DNA of 64,000 nt from an uncultured Candidatus Saccharibacteria bacterium (lineage in GTDB: Bacteria > Patescibacteriota > Saccharimonadia > Saccharimonadales > JAGQNJ01): the NCBI GenBank assembly GCA_964510945.1, contig CAZEED010000001.1, forward strand, positions 98,774 through 162,773, in the 5' to 3' direction. The notes under the pieces are model-generated. The model saw only the letters and a list, made by a program, of their open reading frames with translations. It did not search any database and was not told where the DNA came from. Positions within the stretch are counted from its first letter, which is position 1. The number at the start of each line of letters is the position of its first letter. This document shows positions 49,613-58,002 of this stretch, piece after piece. Both the position numbers and the translations under genes were made by a program.

Positions 49613-50071
49613 ATGAAAGAAGATAACCCAATTATTGAATCAAAAGCTCCAGAAGTAGCTGAAACGCTTGATACTGATAAAGTCGTTACTAAATCAGTAA
49701 AGCGAAAAAAAGTTAAACGAACTGTACCTTACGGTCAAATGCATATTCTCGCAACTTTTAATAATACAATTATTACTTTTACTGACTCTAAAGGTAACGC
49801 TTTGACATATAGCAGTGCAGGAGCATGTGGGTTTAGAGGATCGAAAAAAGGCACAGCCTACGCTGCCCAAATCGCTGCTGAGAAGGCTGCCAACAGTGCA
49901 AAACAGAATTTTGGACTGTCTAAAGTTGATATTTTTGTAAAAGGAGTAGGTCTTGGGCGAGAAGCCGCAATTAGGACTTTGATAAACGCGAACATAAAAG
50001 CTGAAAGTATAGCAGACGTTACTGGTGTACCACATGGTGGCGTTAGACCAAAGAAAGCACGGAGAGTATAG
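49613..50071 (+). CDS. rpsK: 30S ribosomal protein S11 (N-terminal extension)
   Basis: HILATFNNTIITFTDSKGNALTYSSAGACGFRGSKKGTAYAAQ. Confidence 0.95.
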   Translation: MKEDNPIIESKAPEVAETLDTDKVVTKSVKRKKVKRTVPYGQMHILATFNNTIITFTDSKGNALTYSSAGACGFRGSKKGTAYAAQIAAEKAANSAKQNFGLSKVDIFVKGVGLGREAAIRTLINANIKAESIADVTGVPHGGVRPKKARRV

Positions 50072-50692
50072 ATGGCCCGAGATAGAAGCAGTATTGTAAA
50101 ACAGAGTAGGAGAGAAGGCTATGCTTTGCATCCAAAAGCACATAAAGCCCTAGTAAAGAAAACTTCACTACCTGGTAAAGCACCAAATTATCGTGCTCGA
50201 AATAAAGATAGCCAGTATTCTCTGCAACTAAGAGAAAAGCAAAAAGTTAAAAGACTATATGGGCTATTAGAAAAACAATTCAGAAAATTAATGAAAGAAG
50301 CTAGCGCAACTAAAGGCCAATCCGGCGAAACGCTTCTAAAATATCTAGAACAGCGTGCTGATAATGTTGTTTACCGATCAAGTTTTGCAACAAGCCGTAG
50401 AGCCGCTAGACAACTCGTCACCCATGGTCATTTTGAGTTAAACGGTAAAAGATTTGATATTCCTTCAATAAGAATCAACCCAGGCGACGTTTTGAGCGTT
50501 CGCGATAAGAGCAAAAAATCCGAGTACTTTAAACTAATTGATGATCTTAGTCCTGCAGGAGCAGAAGGATCGATCAGTTGGTTAAAAGTTAATAGAAAGA
50601 AACTTGAAGTATCTGTTACGGCCCTCCCGCCGCGCGAAGAAGCCGAACCAGATATTAACGAGCAATTAATAGTAGAGTATTACTCACGATAA
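50072..50692 (+). CDS. rpsD: 30S ribosomal protein S4
   Basis: 206 aa; S4 RNA-binding domain RADNVVYRSSFATSRRAARQLVTHGH. Confidence 0.95.
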   Translation: MARDRSSIVKQSRREGYALHPKAHKALVKKTSLPGKAPNYRARNKDSQYSLQLREKQKVKRLYGLLEKQFRKLMKEASATKGQSGETLLKYLEQRADNVVYRSSFATSRRAARQLVTHGHFELNGKRFDIPSIRINPGDVLSVRDKSKKSEYFKLIDDLSPAGAEGSISWLKVNRKKLEVSVTALPPREEAEPDINEQLIVEYYSR

Positions 50693-50709
50693 GGGAGGTG
50701 AGCAGTCAA

Positions 50710-51645
50710 ATGTCAAAATCAATTTATACACCAGGAGTAGTCACCGTAGACGACCATAGCAAAACAAGTGCAACGTTCGTCATTGAACCACTTCATACTG
50801 GATATGGTATGACTCTAGGGAATAGCCTTCGTCGAGTACTGTTATCTAGTATTTCAGGAGCATCTATCACAGCATTTAAAATTGAAGGTGTAACTCATGA
50901 ATTCACCGGAGTTCCAGGTATCAAAGAAGATGCTGTTGATATCATGCAGAACCTCAAAGGCGTCAATTTCAAAGTATTTAGTGAAGAGCCTCAGACGTTA
51001 AGGATCGTGAAAAAAGGTAGCGGGACAGTTACCGCAAAAGATATTGAAGTTAACGCAGATGTCGAAATTGTCAATCCTAAGCACGTTATATGCACGATTG
51101 ACGATTCTAAAGGTTCTTTTGTTGCCGACATAGTTGTCGAAACAGGTAGAGGCTACCGTCCAATCGAAGAAGGGGCACTACGAAAACCAAGTGATATGAT
51201 CGCAATTGATGCAATCTTTGGACCAGTACAGAGGGTTCGATATAAAGTTGAGCATACTCGTGTTGGCCAAATGACTGACCTAGACAAGCTAATAATTGAT
51301 GTAGACACTGACGGTTCTATATCTCCAAGCGATGCGTTTGAAGAAGCGGCTGCTATTTTAGTTAATCAATATACTGCTCTAGCTGGCCAGACTCGTGTTA
51401 AAGCGGCAGCACCAATTACTGCTGAGCCAGAAGTTGAAAACGCAGTTGAAGAACAAACAGAACTAATGACCCCAATCGAAGACCTCAACCTATCAGCCCG
51501 AACAACCAACGCACTTGTAAATAATGATATCCATACCTTAAAAGACCTATTTAGTCTTAGCGACATTGAATTACGAGAGCTAAAAGGCTTTGGATCAAAA
51601 GCACTAGATGAAGTGAAAGATAAAATGGCGGAACTGGAGCTGTAA
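50710..51645 (+). CDS. rpoA: DNA-directed RNA polymerase subunit alpha
   Basis: ORF 50698-51645; ATG 50710 follows GGGAGGTG; N-terminal dimerisation domain and C-terminal helix-hairpin-helix (LNLSARTTNAL). Confidence 0.95.
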   Translation: MSKSIYTPGVVTVDDHSKTSATFVIEPLHTGYGMTLGNSLRRVLLSSISGASITAFKIEGVTHEFTGVPGIKEDAVDIMQNLKGVNFKVFSEEPQTLRIVKKGSGTVTAKDIEVNADVEIVNPKHVICTIDDSKGSFVADIVVETGRGYRPIEEGALRKPSDMIAIDAIFGPVQRVRYKVEHTRVGQMTDLDKLIIDVDTDGSISPSDAFEEAAAILVNQYTALAGQTRVKAAAPITAEPEVENAVEEQTELMTPIEDLNLSARTTNALVNNDIHTLKDLFSLSDIELRELKGFGSKALDEVKDKMAELEL

Positions 51646-51646
51646 T

Positions 51647-52132
51647 ATGCATCGACACGGATATCAGGGAAGAAAGTTTGGCAGAGAGCGCGATCAGCGT
51701 AAATCTCTTATTAAGTCATTGGCTGATTCTTTGATTATCCATGAATCGATTGAAACAACCCTAGAGAAAGCTAAAGAAGTTAATCCGTACGTAGAAAAGC
51801 TAATAACCAAGGCAAAAAAAGGCGGGTTAGCTAATCGACGATACATTATTGCGCACCTTCAGACCAAAGAAGCATCACACAAGCTTGTTGATGGTATTGC
51901 ACCCCAACTAACCGGCCGAACCAGCGGACACCTTAGGATTGTAAAAACTACTTCTAGGCGTGGCGATAATGCCCAACTTGCTAGAATTAGTTTTGTTGAC
52001 GAACTTAAGCAGATTACTGCCGAAGAGTCTGCAAAAAAATCTTTAAGTAAACCAAGTGAGACATCACAAACGAAAAAAGTCGCTACAAAAATGACAGTAG
52101 CAAAAAAACCAGTTAAGGCGGAGAAAAAATAG
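51647..52132 (+). CDS. rplQ: 50S ribosomal protein L17 (C-terminal Lys-rich extension)
   Basis: MHRHGYQGRKFGRERDQRKSL. Confidence 0.94.
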   Translation: MHRHGYQGRKFGRERDQRKSLIKSLADSLIIHESIETTLEKAKEVNPYVEKLITKAKKGGLANRRYIIAHLQTKEASHKLVDGIAPQLTGRTSGHLRIVKTTSRRGDNAQLARISFVDELKQITAEESAKKSLSKPSETSQTKKVATKMTVAKKPVKAEKK

Positions 52133-52573
52133 ATGAAAACTTATAGTGCCAAAAATACCGATGTAGAACGCAAATGGTGGCTGGTTGATGCTTCTGATTT
52201 AACTTTAGGTAGATTATCAACTGTTATTGCGACAAAACTCACAGGCAAAGATAAACCTATATTTAGCCCTCACGTTGATTGTGGCGACTATGTAGTAGTA
52301 ATAAACTCAGATAAATTAGTAGTTACTGGCGATAAACTTAACAAAAAGACTTATTATCGACATAGTGGCTTCCCTGGAAATCTTAAAGAGTCTAGCCTTC
52401 AAGAGCAAATCGATAAGGATTCGAGAAACGTAATTATATACTCGGTACGCGGAATGCTACCTAAAAACAAGTTACAAGACCCTAGAATAAAACGATTAAA
52501 AGTGTACGCTGGACCTGAGCACGATAACACCGCACAACAGCCAACAACGCTAAATCTTAAGGAAGGTAAATAA
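52133..52573 (+). CDS. rplM: 50S ribosomal protein L13
   Basis: RKWWLVDASDLTLGRLSTVIATKLTGK. Confidence 0.95.
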   Translation: MKTYSAKNTDVERKWWLVDASDLTLGRLSTVIATKLTGKDKPIFSPHVDCGDYVVVINSDKLVVTGDKLNKKTYYRHSGFPGNLKESSLQEQIDKDSRNVIIYSVRGMLPKNKLQDPRIKRLKVYAGPEHDNTAQQPTTLNLKEGK

Positions 52574-52974
52574 TGGCTATAAAAAACGCATATTTCTATG
52601 GTTTAGGACGAAGAAAAAGTGCCTCAGCACGAGTCAGGATTTCGGGCGGTAGCGGAAAATTCATTATCAATGATCACACAGCTGAAGATTATTTCGCTAA
52701 TAGTAAAAATTTGCTAAATGAACTAACAAAACCATTTACTGCGGTTGATCTAGTTAATAAGTTTGATGTTAGCGTTAAAGTTATTGGTGGAGGACACAGT
52801 GGACAAGCTGATGCCATTATCCTAGGTATTTCAAAAGCACTTGCAGTTATGAACGAAGATCTTAGAAGCACATTGCGTCGTGCAGACCTACTCGGTCGCG
52901 ATCCAAGAGAGAAAGAACGTAAGAAGTTCGGACTCAAGGGCGCTCGTAAACAAAGACAGTTCACAAAACGATAA
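52573..52974 (+). CDS. rpsI: 30S ribosomal protein S9
   Basis: GGGHSGQADAIILGISKAL...DPREKERKKFGLKGARKQRQFTKR. Confidence 0.96.
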   Translation: MAIKNAYFYGLGRRKSASARVRISGGSGKFIINDHTAEDYFANSKNLLNELTKPFTAVDLVNKFDVSVKVIGGGHSGQADAIILGISKALAVMNEDLRSTLRRADLLGRDPREKERKKFGLKGARKQRQFTKR

Positions 52975-53014
52975 TTTTCAAATTTTTGAGTAAAATAACA
53001 TTTTCGCAGTTTCA

Positions 53015-53206
53015 ATACTTTTGACCGCCAAAAGTATGACAAAAGCTCGGGCTTAACGTTTTTTCTTGACTAACTCACTAGTCAAGACAAACAACAGTCT
53101 GCGGAACTCCCCCGCACCTATTGCTTAGACAAAAGGTGCGGGGTCAGACAGTCCTCGCCTGATAGTTGTTTGTTTGACCTGAGTCATCAGGAAAAAGCCG
53201 ATGCCC
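53015..53206 (+). repeat. Structured foldback element, copy B
   Basis: ATACTTTTG-ACCGC-CAAAAGTAT hairpin; ACAACAGTCTGCGGAAC...CAGACAGTCCTCGCC; apical hairpin CCCCGCACCT/AGGTGCGGGG; aligns with copy A. Confidence 0.65.
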
Positions 53207-53276
53207 AACACAAAAAACAACCCCGCAACGTTAGTCTGGTCGTTGGCCAGATAAACGATGAGTATTACATATTGTT

Positions 53277-53467
53277 GGCATCCGGCTTGTCCTGAATAAC
53301 TTCGTTAAAGTAACAACAAAAAAGGCGAGGACTGTTTGAAGTTAGTAGTATGCCTGAGTGGCATATTACTAACAAGTTTCGCAGTCTGTTGTTATCTTTA
53401 ACTAGAAGTTATATAAAGACAAACGAAAAGCCAAGAGTTTTGTATTACTTTGGCGATACAAAGTAAT
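53277..53467 (-). repeat. Structured foldback element, copy C (inverted relative to B)
   Basis: The reverse complement aligns with copy A (CGTTTGTCTTTATATAACTTC..., ...GACGAAGTTATTCAGGACAAGCCGGATGCC); apical hairpin GTTAGTAATATGCC/GGCATACTACTAAC. Confidence 0.65.
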
Positions 53468-53513
53468 AGTTTTTGAATTATATTTACAAAATTTCTGACA
53501 TGATTGATAATAC

Positions 53514-53542
53514 TTGACAAATTATATATGAAGCTGTATTGT
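53514..53542 (+). promoter_or_regulatory. Candidate promoter TTGACA-17 nt-TATTGT for the G+C-rich operon leader
   Basis: TTGACA 53514-53519; TATTGT 53537-53542. Confidence 0.4.
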
Positions 53543-53656
53543 CTTATGGTTATGTTTCAAAACATTATAAACAACACAACTTATTGGTTTACCTCCAAAT
53601 ATTCATGGCGGCAAACTTCGTATTGTCTATAAAATAACAAACTATCAAGAAATATT

Positions 53657-53679
53657 AACCGCCACCAAGGCGGTTTTTT
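53657..53679 (+). terminator. Intrinsic terminator 20 nt upstream of the first ORF of the G+C-rich operon (attenuator candidate)
   Basis: AACCGCC-ACCAA-GGCGGTT plus T-run. Upstream TGGCGG (53606-53611) can pair with CCGCCA of the left arm. Confidence 0.65.
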
Positions 53680-53699
53680 AATAGTAAAGGAGAATAATC

Positions 53700-53960
53700 A
53701 TGATAAGACCAGAGCATAATCCAGAGAGAGTAACGGCAGGTCTACCGGACCAGATAGAATCAATCCCGAGTAGATTGCTAATTGCTCTAGATCAAGGAGT
53801 AATTAAAGAATCAGATTTAGTACCAAATATTGCAGCGACTATAAGCAGTAATCATAGGCCCGAAGTTGACCCACCATTAAATATTCATGAACAAGTAGAA
53901 CGAACCAGACACATAAATCAATTAGCAGCTAGCTGCGTAGAACAATTTTCAAAACAATAA
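53700..53960 (+). CDS. Hypothetical protein (first ORF of the G+C-rich operon)
   Basis: 86-aa ORF behind AAAGGAG; no motif recognised. Confidence 0.45.
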   Translation: MIRPEHNPERVTAGLPDQIESIPSRLLIALDQGVIKESDLVPNIAATISSNHRPEVDPPLNIHEQVERTRHINQLAASCVEQFSKQ

Positions 53961-54025
53961 GATTTAAGGAGAAAATATCATGCAAACTATAACAACAGAA
54001 CAATTACATACAGCAACTGAAGCAC

Positions 54026-56200
54026 TTGAACGACGGGGGTTGGTTTGGCTCGCCTGAAATTGCAGCCATACGCTTAAGAGGATATCCGTACGAGCAAGTT
54101 ATCGACGGAGAACCTCACGACAGTACAGATACTTTAAATGGCTTTGCACGTAACGAGAGCTATGAAAACAATCTTGCCCTAAAGCTAGCTGAGCACGAAC
54201 CAGACCTAGAACCACTGCGAGAACTCGGATTTCATGGACTAGATGCCAAGGTGAAAAGCCCTGGTGCCCTAACCTATGAAGAGGCTTTTAGCCTAGCGAC
54301 CTTCGTATGCCTAACAAGCAACAGAGAGCTACACAAGGCTTTTGAGCCTGAGCTAGCAGGTATTGGTGAGCCGGAAACTTTGCGTCTTCAGGCGGTTTCA
54401 TTGCTTCAAGGCATGTCAACTCGTGAGAGCCTGATCGGTTTTGAACCACAGGAAATTGCTGGAATGGTAGCCGCTACTTTAGAGCTAGATACCGTGGCTC
54501 GAGTAGCATCCCCTAGCGAAACCCCGACATTCATTGTTGGCGGTATGGGCGGTGATAGGGGTATACCCTCTCACGGGGAGCAGTCAAAACTATTTAGTAC
54601 CTCTACGCTTGCTTCAATAGCATTGGCTGGACTCGTGGCTGTTCATAAGCATCACTCTTACCCCAATACATCCAAAGCAGCTGGCCAATCAGCTATAGAA
54701 GCTTTGGGCGCAAGATCCGATATGGAGGATGCCGCAACTATGGAACTGGCACTAGGCATATCTGGAATGCTTATGACGAGTTGTCATAGCGTAAGAACCC
54801 TGCACACCATATCCCATATTCTTAAGGGAGAAACAGTCAATCACGCTATCGGGCCTTTGGCGGTTCCGCATGCCAGCAGCGATAAAGTTAACGCTCTAGT
54901 TGGCGTGAACCATAATGTTCACCCGACAACAATCATTGAAACCTTGCGTGTACTACAGACTAAAGGTATCCAAGACTACGGTAATAGCGTAGCGTTTTGT
55001 GGAGTTACTGCTCCGGTTGAAGAGCTCCCTGCTGAGATCTTAGACCCTAAAGCTTACTATGCTGCTCCTGATCTAAAGGAGTTAATCATGCTGGATGAAG
55101 TAGCGCCACCACCATTTGTAACGATGGCATCATTCTTAGTTGATGGCCAATCAAGTGGACCGTATTTAATCGAACCAATTGACTTCATGGAAGCCGAAGA
55201 GGCAGAAGCTATGTCATCAGATGGATTGCTGATTCCAAATACCCTGGAAGACATCATGACAGCCAATAATGCGGTCATCCAGGCCCAGGATCATATGAAG
55301 ACAAAGTACGTGGCGATGACCGTTGCTTTGGCCAACTTCGCGAGAGATTATGCGCATCTGCCTGACGCACTTGATGTGGATGCTCGTACTGTGAACAGAG
55401 CCTATCTTCGAGCATGTTTTAGAGCTGCTGTAGAAAATATGAGCGATGGGTCTATGGAGAACACAACAAGACTCTACGGCGAAGCAACGCAGAAAGACAT
55501 GCTTCCAAACATAGATGTGGTGGTCTTGGATATCGATAACACCTTGATTCGCCCTAAAAACCAAGACTTCTACGAACAATACTCAGAAGCTGTAAACTTG
55601 GCCATTGCTAACTATCTTGGCGTTAACCTAGAAGAAGCTACAAAAGTTGCGGACTTTTTCAGGGAAAACTTTGGTGGTGGCGAACAAGCCTTGTTTTCAG
55701 GAGCTGTTGGGGATTACTTTCCACAATACGGGAATCCTAGCCCTGACTTCGAGCTGCTTTACGATGCTATGTCCCAGATCAAGATTGATGGTCAATTTGG
55801 TGATGATGGCTTGAGTGCCAAGCTAGTTAAATTACTACGAGCCAAAGGCAAGAAAGTTGTAGCTATGACCGATTCGCCTGAAAGTCTATCGAGGCAGACA
55901 CTAAAAGCATGCGGCTTCGACCCAGATTCTGATTTTGACCTGTACGTTCCCTACACCAAAGAATCCGGTCCCCCGAAAATCGTGCAGGCCGATGAGGCTT
56001 TCAAGAGCATCGCTGACTATTTCGAGGTAGATCCTAATAGAGTGCTGAGTGTGGGTGATAGTCTAACAAGAGATATTGTACCAGCAGAAAGGTCTGGTAT
56101 GAAAACGTGCCTTGTCTCTCAGTACGATGTGCCTGGATACGAAGGCCTACAAGTAACTAATCTTGCGGATACATTCCGCACATATAGGAGAAGTTTATGA
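54026..56200 (+). CDS. Fusion protein: glycosyltransferase family 3 (TrpD/nucleoside phosphorylase-like) N-domain plus HAD-superfamily phosphatase C-domain; 5' end apparently frameshifted
   Basis: GGMGGDRG...LFSTSTLASIALAGLVAVHKHHSYPNTSKAAGQSAIEALGA resembles the TrpD GTGGDG...KHGNR...GSAD.LEALG pattern. HAD motifs VVLDIDNTL, MTDSP, VGDSLTRD. Strong SD plus ATG at 53980 is in another frame. Confidence 0.6.
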   Translation: MNDGGWFGSPEIAAIRLRGYPYEQVIDGEPHDSTDTLNGFARNESYENNLALKLAEHEPDLEPLRELGFHGLDAKVKSPGALTYEEAFSLATFVCLTSNRELHKAFEPELAGIGEPETLRLQAVSLLQGMSTRESLIGFEPQEIAGMVAATLELDTVARVASPSETPTFIVGGMGGDRGIPSHGEQSKLFSTSTLASIALAGLVAVHKHHSYPNTSKAAGQSAIEALGARSDMEDAATMELALGISGMLMTSCHSVRTLHTISHILKGETVNHAIGPLAVPHASSDKVNALVGVNHNVHPTTIIETLRVLQTKGIQDYGNSVAFCGVTAPVEELPAEILDPKAYYAAPDLKELIMLDEVAPPPFVTMASFLVDGQSSGPYLIEPIDFMEAEEAEAMSSDGLLIPNTLEDIMTANNAVIQAQDHMKTKYVAMTVALANFARDYAHLPDALDVDARTVNRAYLRACFRAAVENMSDGSMENTTRLYGEATQKDMLPNIDVVVLDIDNTLIRPKNQDFYEQYSEAVNLAIANYLGVNLEEATKVADFFRENFGGGEQALFSGAVGDYFPQYGNPSPDFELLYDAMSQIKIDGQFGDDGLSAKLVKLLRAKGKKVVAMTDSPESLSRQTLKACGFDPDSDFDLYVPYTKESGPPKIVQADEAFKSIADYFEVDPNRVLSVGDSLTRDIVPAERSGMKTCLVSQYDVPGYEGLQVTNLADTFRTYRRSL

Positions 56201-57060
56201 GTAACCCAGAAATTATCTATGAAGTTGGCGAAGGTAACCCTATCGTCGTCATCAACACAGGAACACATGGCAACGAATATCAACCAGTAGAAGCAGCTAA
56301 TCAGTTTGCGGAAAATTTTGACGGATCCGAGTTAGTAACGGGGACAGTAAGACTTATTGTCTCAAACCCCCCTGCCTTGGAGCAGAATAAAAGATTCTTA
56401 GACGAAGACTTAAATAGAGCTTTTCCTGGTGATCCATCTTCCCCAAGTCGAGAGGCAAGATTAGCCTCTCAAGTACTTGGGTTAGTTGATGATGCGGATT
56501 TTGTAGTTGATCTGCACACTGCTCCAGACGGACCACCTTTTACAATTTTGGGCTCAAGGGATAGATCAAGACTTGATCTTGCTGAGCTTGCGCCGGTTCA
56601 GGATATTGTTCTATTTGAAGCTACTGAACCATGCGCAATGGTTGATTTTACTAAGTGTGGTATAGGCATTGAGATAGGAGCTCACACGGACGAACAGTCA
56701 ACGCAAGAAGGGGTTTCAATTATCGAAGCATACCTCGAGCGATTAGGCCTAACTCCTTCGACCCTAACAGGTGGCCGTAAATACGCTTACTCAAGACGAG
56801 GCTTAGGCGATCTGTTCCCACATCAATACCATGAAGTATTTTCGCGCTTAACCAGAGCAGACATACCCGAAGATGCTATAGCACAACTCAAGAATCTTGA
56901 GCCAATAGATAGTGCAACACTGGGTTTGAACCTAGAGGAGCCCGTTGTTCATCCTGTGCTATGTGGCGACAAAGATTACTCTCCCGTCTTCTGCTACTTA
57001 GCTAAACCGGTGGATAGAGAAAGTCTGGGAGGAAGGAAACGATACAATGCTTATTTTTGA
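56197..57060 (+). CDS. Succinylglutamate desuccinylase/aspartoacylase (AstE/AspA) family zinc deacylase
   Basis: INTGTHGNEYQP, EDLNRAFPG, VVDLHTAP; ATGA overlap with the upstream gene. Confidence 0.65.
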   Translation: MSNPEIIYEVGEGNPIVVINTGTHGNEYQPVEAANQFAENFDGSELVTGTVRLIVSNPPALEQNKRFLDEDLNRAFPGDPSSPSREARLASQVLGLVDDADFVVDLHTAPDGPPFTILGSRDRSRLDLAELAPVQDIVLFEATEPCAMVDFTKCGIGIEIGAHTDEQSTQEGVSIIEAYLERLGLTPSTLTGGRKYAYSRRGLGDLFPHQYHEVFSRLTRADIPEDAIAQLKNLEPIDSATLGLNLEEPVVHPVLCGDKDYSPVFCYLAKPVDRESLGGRKRYNAYF

Positions 57061-57958
57061 TACTGACGCTGGGCATGACGATGTCTTAGCGATGCTGATG
57101 TTACTCAAGTCCAAACAGTTCGATGTGTTGGGCATAACTACGGTTGCCGGTAATTCAACGCTTGAAAATGCTACCCGTAATACCGCGTTTGCGCTTGATC
57201 TGTTAGGAAGACGCGATATTCCTATTTTTTCAGGCGCAGCTAAACCTCTCAAGAGACAGCTCGTCCAAGCGGTTGTTCACGGACATAGTGGTCTTGATGG
57301 TGCCGATACATCTAGAACTAGCTATACACTCACCAATAATGCTGTCAATAAGCTTATCGAGCTAGTTCGAGCTCACCCTTACGAAGTAACAATCCTGACA
57401 CTGGGGCCACTAACCAATATTGCAAAAGCATTCGAGGCTGACCCAGATCTTCCGACGCTTGTTAAGGGACTGGTCATTATGGGCGGTGTTGTTGATGGCG
57501 TTGGTAACAAAAACCGTGTCGCCGAGTTCAATATATTCGTTGACCCAGAAGCTGCCCATATCGTGTTTAGTGCAAATGTGAAAAAAACGCTCATTCCGTT
57601 TGATATATGTAGAGACATTGTTTTCCCGCTGAAAGACTTCGACAAGCTCAAAGGAACAAGCCTGCATAAGCCTGTTAAGAAAATGATGAAACCATTCATA
57701 TCTGGACTTAAGGCCGAAGAGGGAATCAACGGGGCGCTATTGCCTGATCCTATAGCAGCCTACTACCTATTAAACCCAAGAGTCTACACTATAAAACCAA
57801 TGGATATAGTCGTCGAAACATCTGGTAAGCATACTTCAGGAATGACAGTCATTGAAAAAAGAAAGAACAAACCACAAAAATATAATATAGAAGTAGCAAC
57901 AAGAATTATCGAAAATAAATTTAAACAACATTTCTTTAAGCTACTGAGGAAAGCCTAG
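57047..57958 (+). CDS. Inosine/uridine-preferring nucleoside hydrolase family protein
   Basis: N-terminal fingerprint LIFDTDAGHDDVLAMLM (DxDxxxDD); 14-nt overlap with the upstream gene. Confidence 0.85.
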   Translation: MLIFDTDAGHDDVLAMLMLLKSKQFDVLGITTVAGNSTLENATRNTAFALDLLGRRDIPIFSGAAKPLKRQLVQAVVHGHSGLDGADTSRTSYTLTNNAVNKLIELVRAHPYEVTILTLGPLTNIAKAFEADPDLPTLVKGLVIMGGVVDGVGNKNRVAEFNIFVDPEAAHIVFSANVKKTLIPFDICRDIVFPLKDFDKLKGTSLHKPVKKMMKPFISGLKAEEGINGALLPDPIAAYYLLNPRVYTIKPMDIVVETSGKHTSGMTVIEKRKNKPQKYNIEVATRIIENKFKQHFFKLLRKA

Positions 57959-58002
57959 AAGTTAATAACTAGGACGTAAATAATATATAATAGGAGAAAG
58001 TT

